Made by a program: the position numbers and the translations under genes. A stretch of 32,000 nt of DNA from Acholeplasma laidlawii PG-8A (lineage in GTDB: Bacteria; Bacillota_I; Bacilli_A; Acholeplasmatales; Acholeplasmataceae). Below the pieces are notes generated by a model. It ran no database searches, was not told the DNA's origin, and was given only the letters and a program-made list of their open reading frames with translations. Positions 26,422-32,000 of this stretch are shown here, piece by piece. The DNA is taken from contig NC_010163.1 of assembly GCF_000018785.1 (NCBI RefSeq), positions 330,001-362,000 of the forward strand. Direction: 5' to 3'. Each line of letters opens with the position of its first letter. Within the stretch, counting starts at the first letter, position 1.

Positions 26422-27172
26422 ATGGGACCTTATTCACTTTTTTAATCAACTTAAATGGGTGTTTTTAGCTACTTTATTTGTCACAGCTTTAGCAGCTATA
26501 TTTAAAACCTTTAGTGATACAAATATCATTTGGGGATCGTTATATAATACAGCATTTATTATGAGTATCGCAGGTATCATCATTGGTTTAGTGTATAGTT
26601 TCTTTGCTATATTTCAAAGATACTACAACACTATTTTAAAAGATGAAGCATACTTTACGCACACATTACCCATTTCAAAGGGTAAGATATTACTTTCTAA
26701 AGTACTATCAGGTTTTTCATTATTTTTAATTGCAATATTGGTTGCAGCAGCACTACTTATTTGGATTGATGTGATCAATCTAAAAGAATTATTTAGTCTA
26801 CAGAGTATTGATCAAGGTCTGTTTTGGATGACAATACTAAGTATTTCATCGATGGTAATCATGTTCTTTGTTTTCATTGTAGTTATTTATGCAGCATTAA
26901 CCTTTGGATTTAGTTATAACAAACGCGAATGGTTATATGTATTTGTTTATTTCATTTTATACTATATGGCAAATCAATTCTTAAGTTTAATTAATTTTGG
27001 TATTAATCTTTTAATCAATCCAAATTTACTTGATGTAGAAAATACAGAAGTATTTACTGCATTAAGTGGTATATTGATTATTCAATTAATATGTTCAATT
27101 GGATTAGGTGTCCTAAACTTCTATATTGCAAGAATACTCATGATTAAAAGACTTAACTTAAAAAATGGTTAA
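26402..27172 (+). CDS. ABC transporter permease
   Basis: 256 aa; about six hydrophobic segments, overlaps the ATPase gene by 20 nt. Confidence 0.85.
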   Translation: MMKKLYKWDLIHFFNQLKWVFLATLFVTALAAIFKTFSDTNIIWGSLYNTAFIMSIAGIIIGLVYSFFAIFQRYYNTILKDEAYFTHTLPISKGKILLSKVLSGFSLFLIAILVAAALLIWIDVINLKELFSLQSIDQGLFWMTILSISSMVIMFFVFIVVIYAALTFGFSYNKREWLYVFVYFILYYMANQFLSLINFGINLLINPNLLDVENTEVFTALSGILIIQLICSIGLGVLNFYIARILMIKRLNLKNG

Positions 27173-27177
27173 TACGT

Positions 27178-27210
27178 AAAAACTTCATCTTGATTAGGTG
27201 AAGTTTTTTT
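27178..27210 (+). terminator. Intrinsic terminator
   Basis: AAAAACTTCATC-TTGATTA-GGTGAAGTTTTTTT. Confidence 0.9.
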
Positions 27211-27290
27211 ATTAAATCATTTTTGTATATCTTGATTTTGTGTATAATAATACTCAGGGTAAAACATTTTTATGATAAGGATAAGTATAT

Positions 27291-30119
27291 ATGTTAGAAC
27301 TAAGAAATATTGGAAAAACCTACGCTACCAAAAAGGGTGTTAGCGTTAAGGCTTTAGATAATGTCAGTGTCGTCTTTGGTAAGACTGGACTGGTTTTTGT
27401 CACAGGAAAATCCGGATCGGGTAAATCAACGCTCCTTAATTTAATTGGCGGACTAGACACTTATGATACTGGGGATATGATTATTAATCAAAAATCCAGT
27501 CAAGATTTTAAACAAAAGGATTTTGATTCCTATAGAAATACGATGGTTGGATTTATATTCCAAGAATATAATATTCTAGAAGAGTTTAGTGTTGCTCAAA
27601 ATATCGGTTTAGCACTTGCACTGCAAGGTCAAAAAGTGAGTGATGAAGCAGTCAATGATTTACTAAAAAAATTAGATATTGAAGGTTTAGGCAATCGTAG
27701 TCCAAATGAATTATCTGGTGGACAAAAACAAAGAGTAGCCATTGCGCGTGCACTAGTTAAAAACCCTCAAATTATTTTGGCAGATGAACCAACTGGTGCA
27801 CTAGATAGTAACACCGGTATTCAGTTACTTGAAACTCTAAAATCATTATCTAAAGACAGATTAGTCATTGTAATTTCTCATGATTTAGAGTTTGCACGTA
27901 AATATGCAGACAGAATTGTGCATTTTGTAGATGGTAAGATTGCTTATGATATTACTTATACTGGAGAAGAAAGCCAAAGTGATGAACCAGTTAAGTTTAC
28001 GGATAAAGGCATTACGATTGAACCTAAATATCAATTAACGGCAGAAGATTTAAAAGTAATCAATGCGTACTTACAAAACCAAACCAAACCGACACACATA
28101 AAGAAGATAAGTGATCAAACGTATAGTGGGTTTAGTACAACAGATACATCAGATATAGAACAAAGTAGTGAACCATTTAAGTTAGTAAAATCCAAACTAC
28201 CATTTAAAGCATCACTTTCTATGTCTTTAAATGCTTTAATACATAAAAAAATAAGACTGGTTTTTACAATACTTCTTACAACCATTTCTTTAGTTATGTT
28301 TGGTAGTGTAGATACACTATCAAACTTTAATGCAGAAGATAAATCCTATGAAGTATTTGAAAAAAATAACTATAACTATTTGATGCTTAAAAACTATAAA
28401 CGTGGTGGTGATAGTAGTTGGTATTACTATACTGAAGTGAATTTAGATGAGGAAGTTTTTCAAAGTGCTTCAGATTTATATAGTAACTCCATACTTATAC
28501 CCGTATATCCACTAAGTCTTAGTTTGGATGCATACATTAAATATGATTGGAATAAACCTAGTTTTTATGATGCATATTATTATACAAGCTTCATTGAAAT
28601 TGATAATGAAACACTTCTAGGTACAAACTTTGAAGTCACTGGTAGATTACCACAAAACTTGAATGAAGTTGTTGTACCAATGCACTTTTATCAAAGTGTA
28701 GCGTATTACGGTTTTAATAAAGAAGATAGTGTTAAAGATATTAATGAGATGGACGATCTCATTGGCGAGATGCTGTATTTTAATGAAAGAAATATGAAGA
28801 TTGTAGGTATTATAGACTACAAAGATGATTTATCAGTCTATGAGGAACTTAAAGTATCTGGTTGGAATCAAGGTGTTGATACACCTCAAAATTACTATAA
28901 GTATGTAAATCGATTAAGAGAAGGAACACTGGGACTATTTATATTTGGTGAAGGTTACTATGAAAGTCTTAGACACGTTAAGAATTCTCGTGTAGAGGCA
29001 GTTTTTTATTTAGAAAATGAACGGATGCATCAATTTAGCACGGTAGCTAAAATAACGGATGTAGATGCCGAAACTATTAAATACTTTGATAGTGTAGATC
29101 CATTGAATTTAGGTGAGAATGATATTGTAATTAATGAATATCATTTGGGTAACATGATACATCGAGATTTAGGTGATTATCAGTATAATACAATCATCGT
29201 GGATTTTCTAGTAGAAACCTACTATGATGAACTAAATTTATTATTAGCAGAACACTTTCCGATGTATGAGACAGTAGATGATATTCCTGACGAGGATAGA
29301 ATTGCTATCATTGGTTATGAATTATATGGATACATATCTGATGCAGAAAGATATACTAAAGCATTCAATGCTGTGGTTGAATTCTATCTATCAACAAGTG
29401 AAGCGCCTAGTTTTCAAGTTGATTTTTTCAAAGATTATTACACAAACTACCCAATTATAGGACTTCGTGTTGTAGGATTTACTAGTGATGAGGATAATGT
29501 TTATGCATACCATGTAAGTAATGAACTTTATGACGAATTATATATTGAAGGTGAAATAATCTATAACTTTATTCTAGTAAGCACTAAAGATATGAAGCGT
29601 GAAGATTTTAATAAGATGGTTCAACAAAGTATGAATAAAGGTTTGTTATATAAGGTATCCTTACAAGATGAAAATATTGATTACATGATTATGCTTAGTG
29701 AAACTGTATATGGTATGCAACAATTCTTTTTCTGGACAGCTGTCATACTTGCAGGATTTGCAGCACTCTTGATGTTTACCTTTATTAGTTCTAGTGTGAG
29801 CCATAGTAAACAAGAAATTGGCATCTTACGTGCAATTGGTGCAAGTAGTAGAGATGTCTTAGGCATTTTCTCAAAAGAAACACTGATGATTTCTATTATG
29901 AATGCGGTATTAGGTGTGATTGGGACTGTTATTATAACAAAACTCTTGAATGATTCTATGATATATAATCTAAATCTAGGTACCACACTATTTGATGTTG
30001 GCATCAGACAAATCATATTAGTTACCTTAATTAGTATTGTTATAGGCTATCTATCCAGTGCATTACCAGTCTTAAAAACAGCATCTAAAAAACCAATTGA
30101 TGCGATCAAAAATAAATAA
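27291..30119 (+). CDS. ABC transporter, fused LolD/MacB-type ATPase and FtsX-like permease
   Basis: 942 aa; GLVFVTGKSGSGKSTLLNLIGGLDTYDTG, NELSGGQKQRVAIARALVKNPQIILADEPTGALDS, then a TM helix, a large about 400-aa external region, and FtsX motif SHSKQEIGILRAIGASSRDVLGIF with final TM helices. Confidence 0.93.
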   Translation: MLELRNIGKTYATKKGVSVKALDNVSVVFGKTGLVFVTGKSGSGKSTLLNLIGGLDTYDTGDMIINQKSSQDFKQKDFDSYRNTMVGFIFQEYNILEEFSVAQNIGLALALQGQKVSDEAVNDLLKKLDIEGLGNRSPNELSGGQKQRVAIARALVKNPQIILADEPTGALDSNTGIQLLETLKSLSKDRLVIVISHDLEFARKYADRIVHFVDGKIAYDITYTGEESQSDEPVKFTDKGITIEPKYQLTAEDLKVINAYLQNQTKPTHIKKISDQTYSGFSTTDTSDIEQSSEPFKLVKSKLPFKASLSMSLNALIHKKIRLVFTILLTTISLVMFGSVDTLSNFNAEDKSYEVFEKNNYNYLMLKNYKRGGDSSWYYYTEVNLDEEVFQSASDLYSNSILIPVYPLSLSLDAYIKYDWNKPSFYDAYYYTSFIEIDNETLLGTNFEVTGRLPQNLNEVVVPMHFYQSVAYYGFNKEDSVKDINEMDDLIGEMLYFNERNMKIVGIIDYKDDLSVYEELKVSGWNQGVDTPQNYYKYVNRLREGTLGLFIFGEGYYESLRHVKNSRVEAVFYLENERMHQFSTVAKITDVDAETIKYFDSVDPLNLGENDIVINEYHLGNMIHRDLGDYQYNTIIVDFLVETYYDELNLLLAEHFPMYETVDDIPDEDRIAIIGYELYGYISDAERYTKAFNAVVEFYLSTSEAPSFQVDFFKDYYTNYPIIGLRVVGFTSDEDNVYAYHVSNELYDELYIEGEIIYNFILVSTKDMKREDFNKMVQQSMNKGLLYKVSLQDENIDYMIMLSETVYGMQQFFFWTAVILAGFAALLMFTFISSSVSHSKQEIGILRAIGASSRDVLGIFSKETLMISIMNAVLGVIGTVIITKLLNDSMIYNLNLGTTLFDVGIRQIILVTLISIVIGYLSSALPVLKTASKKPIDAIKNK

Positions 30120-30130
30120 GAAATGTAGTT

Positions 30131-30165
30131 AAAGGTAATAATATGTTTTTATTACCTTTTTTTCT
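30131..30165 (+). terminator. Intrinsic terminator
   Basis: AAAGGTAATAA-tatgttt-TTATTACCTTT followed by TTTTTC. Confidence 0.88.
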
Positions 30166-30240
30166 TTTGGATTATAACTTCCTTTGACTTGAAGTTGGTA
30201 TAAATTCTATAATGTAACTATAGAATGAAGAGGCATACAT

Positions 30241-31110
30241 ATGAAAATACTTACAAATTTACATGATAAGAATAAGTTAGATGATTTACTCAAAGTAGCT
30301 GATGGTATCATTTTAGGTGATGCTAAATATGCCAAAACACTTACTAGTGACTTTGGTAGTGATACTATAAACCTTATTGAAAAGATTTATGAAGCAAAAA
30401 AAGAAGTTTTTGTTTTATTAAATAGAGTATTTACCGATAAAGAACTAGATTCCATTAAACCATATATTTTAAGTTTACCTGTGGATAAAATCACTGGTTT
30501 TATGGGTGCAGACTTAGGTTTAATTGATACTTTTAAAACTTTAAATATAGAACATAAATTTATCTATAACCCTGAAACCTTACTAACAAATGATGAGGAT
30601 TTTAATGATCTATCAAGTGAAGGTATTATGGGCGCATTTGTTTCTAAAGAAATTACTTTAGAAGACATTTTAGAAATTGGTCAACTAAAAAAATATAAGA
30701 TGTTTTACTTTGGACATGGTCACATGTCCATGTTCTACTCAAAAAGACCGATGCTAAAAACATTTAATGACCATAGAGGTTTGGATAATTACTTGCATGA
30801 TGATAAAACACTAACACTTACAGAAGAACGAAGACTTAACGAAGCATATCCTGTATTAGAAGACGATGCAGGTACGCATGTATTTCGTGGTACAGTCTTT
30901 AATAGTTTCAAAGTGATTGAACCCCTAAAGACTGTTGTTGATTATTTTATTGTGGATACATTATTTATGGATGATGATTATGCTTATAAATTAATCCCAA
31001 TGTATAAAAATAACGACTTTGACTTACAACTTATCACCGATTATAAACAAACACTACATGATGGATTCTTATTTGATGAGTCTACAATTAAGGGAGAGAA
31101 AAATGACTGA
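30241..31110 (+). CDS. Peptidase U32-like protein, TrhP1/YrrN-like
   Basis: 289 aa; VADGIILGDAKYAKTL, INLIEKIYEAKKEVFVLLNRVFTDKEL; immediately upstream of and overlapping a canonical U32 family gene, as in the yrrN-yrrO pair. Confidence 0.75.
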   Translation: MKILTNLHDKNKLDDLLKVADGIILGDAKYAKTLTSDFGSDTINLIEKIYEAKKEVFVLLNRVFTDKELDSIKPYILSLPVDKITGFMGADLGLIDTFKTLNIEHKFIYNPETLLTNDEDFNDLSSEGIMGAFVSKEITLEDILEIGQLKKYKMFYFGHGHMSMFYSKRPMLKTFNDHRGLDNYLHDDKTLTLTEERRLNEAYPVLEDDAGTHVFRGTVFNSFKVIEPLKTVVDYFIVDTLFMDDDYAYKLIPMYKNNDFDLQLITDYKQTLHDGFLFDESTIKGEKND

Positions 31111-32000
31111 ACTACTCGCTCCAGCTGGAGATTTAGATAAACTAAAGATTGCTATTATATATGGCGCAGATGCTGTATTTATTGGAGGTAAACAATTTAG
31201 TTTACGTGCCAATGCATCAAACTTTACAAAAGAAGATCTAATTGAAGGTTGTAAGTTCGCACATGATCGTGGCAAAAAAGTGTATGTTACAACAAACGTG
31301 ATACCACATCAAAAAGATAAAGAAGGCTTAATTGAATATTTAAAAATATTAGAAGAAGCTAAAGTAGATGCAATTATTGCAGCAAGTCCTTTAATTATTA
31401 ATACCGCTTTAAAACATACAAACCTAGAAGTGCATATTTCTACTCAACAATCAGCATTAAACGTCCCAACAGTAAACTATTGGTACAATAAAGGTGCTAC
31501 AAGGGTTGTTTTAGGACGTGATATTGATTTAAACGACATTGAACACATTACTAAACATGTAGACGCTGAAATCGAAGTATTTATCCATGGTGGTATGTGT
31601 GCAGGTTACAGTGGACGCTGTTCACTTTCTAACCACTTAACCAATAGAGATGCAAACCGTGGTGGATGTGCACACACATGCCGCTGGTTCTTTGAACTAC
31701 AAAAGAATGGAGAAATAGAAGCAGATATTCCATTTAGCATGGGTTCAAAAGATTTAAGTGCGGTTAAAGAAATTACTAGACTTATGGATATTGGTGTTTC
31801 ATCATTAAAAATTGAAGGCCGCATGAAATCACTACATTATATTGCAACAGTAGTAAATACGTATCGTCGTATTATTGATGAATATACTGAAACTGGTGCA
31901 ATCAAAAACTATGAACTTTATGAAGAAATGCTGAAAAATGCTGAAAATAGAGAAACATCTCATGGTTTCTTTTATGGACTACCTACTAAAGATCAACAAC
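31103..32000 (+). CDS. Peptidase U32 family protein, TrhP2/YrrO-like (tRNA hydroxylation), partial at window edge
   Basis: Frame from ATG 31103: MTELLAPAGDLDKLKIAIIYGADAVFIGGKQFSLRA..., VEVFIHGGMCAGYSGRCSLSNHLTNRDANRGGCAHTCRW, LKIEGRMKSLHYIATVVNTYR. Runs off the window end. Confidence 0.9.
   Translation, partial: MTELLAPAGDLDKLKIAIIYGADAVFIGGKQFSLRANASNFTKEDLIEGCKFAHDRGKKVYVTTNVIPHQKDKEGLIEYLKILEEAKVDAIIAASPLIINTALKHTNLEVHISTQQSALNVPTVNYWYNKGATRVVLGRDIDLNDIEHITKHVDAEIEVFIHGGMCAGYSGRCSLSNHLTNRDANRGGCAHTCRWFFELQKNGEIEADIPFSMGSKDLSAVKEITRLMDIGVSSLKIEGRMKSLHYIATVVNTYRRIIDEYTETGAIKNYELYEEMLKNAENRETSHGFFYGLPTKDQQ

Noticed and set aside
29278-29460. Plus-strand 60-aa ORF in the fused ABC transporter
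   Set aside because: Out-of-frame inside a continuous 942-aa gene.
27291-30119. Considered a bacteriocin/toxin export system
   Set aside because: No precursor peptide, maturation enzyme or two-component system adjacent; substrate cannot be inferred from the fused ATPase-FtsX architecture alone.
31606-31824. Minus-strand 72-aa ORF, and 31069..31275 minus
   Set aside because: Both antisense to the U32/TrhP2-like coding sequence carrying the conserved GMCAGYSGRCSLSNHLTNRDANRGGCAHTCRW motif.
1-32000. Search for CRISPR arrays, transposases, phage genes, defence systems, retrons, tRNAs and rRNAs
   Set aside because: None seen on reading both strands and all provided ORFs; gene content is core chromosomal with lineage-specific membrane/lipoprotein genes.

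Overview
This is a low-GC, densely packed chromosomal window that reads as an Acholeplasma-like Mollicute or close Firmicute relative. It uses the standard genetic code: TGG encodes Trp, TGA is used as a stop (for example at 15027-15029 and 31108-31110), and an RF2 gene is present. Most of the window is housekeeping: infB tail, rbfA, a priA-like gene, fmt, pgpA-like, metK behind a SAM-I riboswitch, lemA-like, secA, prfB, yitT-like, recX, HAD hydrolase, ftsK/spoIIIE, rbgA/ylqF, rnhB, topA, ABC transporters, and a U32 pair (trhP1/trhP2-like). I see no CRISPR array, transposon, phage, rRNA, tRNA or recognisable defence island. The items most worth a second look are: (1) a compact orphan RNA candidate at about 22881-22980 with its own promoter, two strong hairpins, three AUCCCC motifs and a terminator; (2) a full-length PriA-like ORF in which every helicase/ATPase signature has eroded and half the zinc-ligand cysteines are gone; (3) a membrane protein ending in a degenerate HD-GYP-like domain; (4) a standalone LytTR regulator in an operon with a membrane-anchored beta-propeller protein, with clustered ACAGT/ACTGT boxes upstream; (5) an FtsK/SpoIIIE motor lacking its N-terminal membrane domain, overlapped by an upstream membrane-protein gene; (6) a lipoprotein fusing about six InlB/Flg_new-type repeats to an ABC solute-binding domain. 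All family assignments are by eye from motifs, without database searches.
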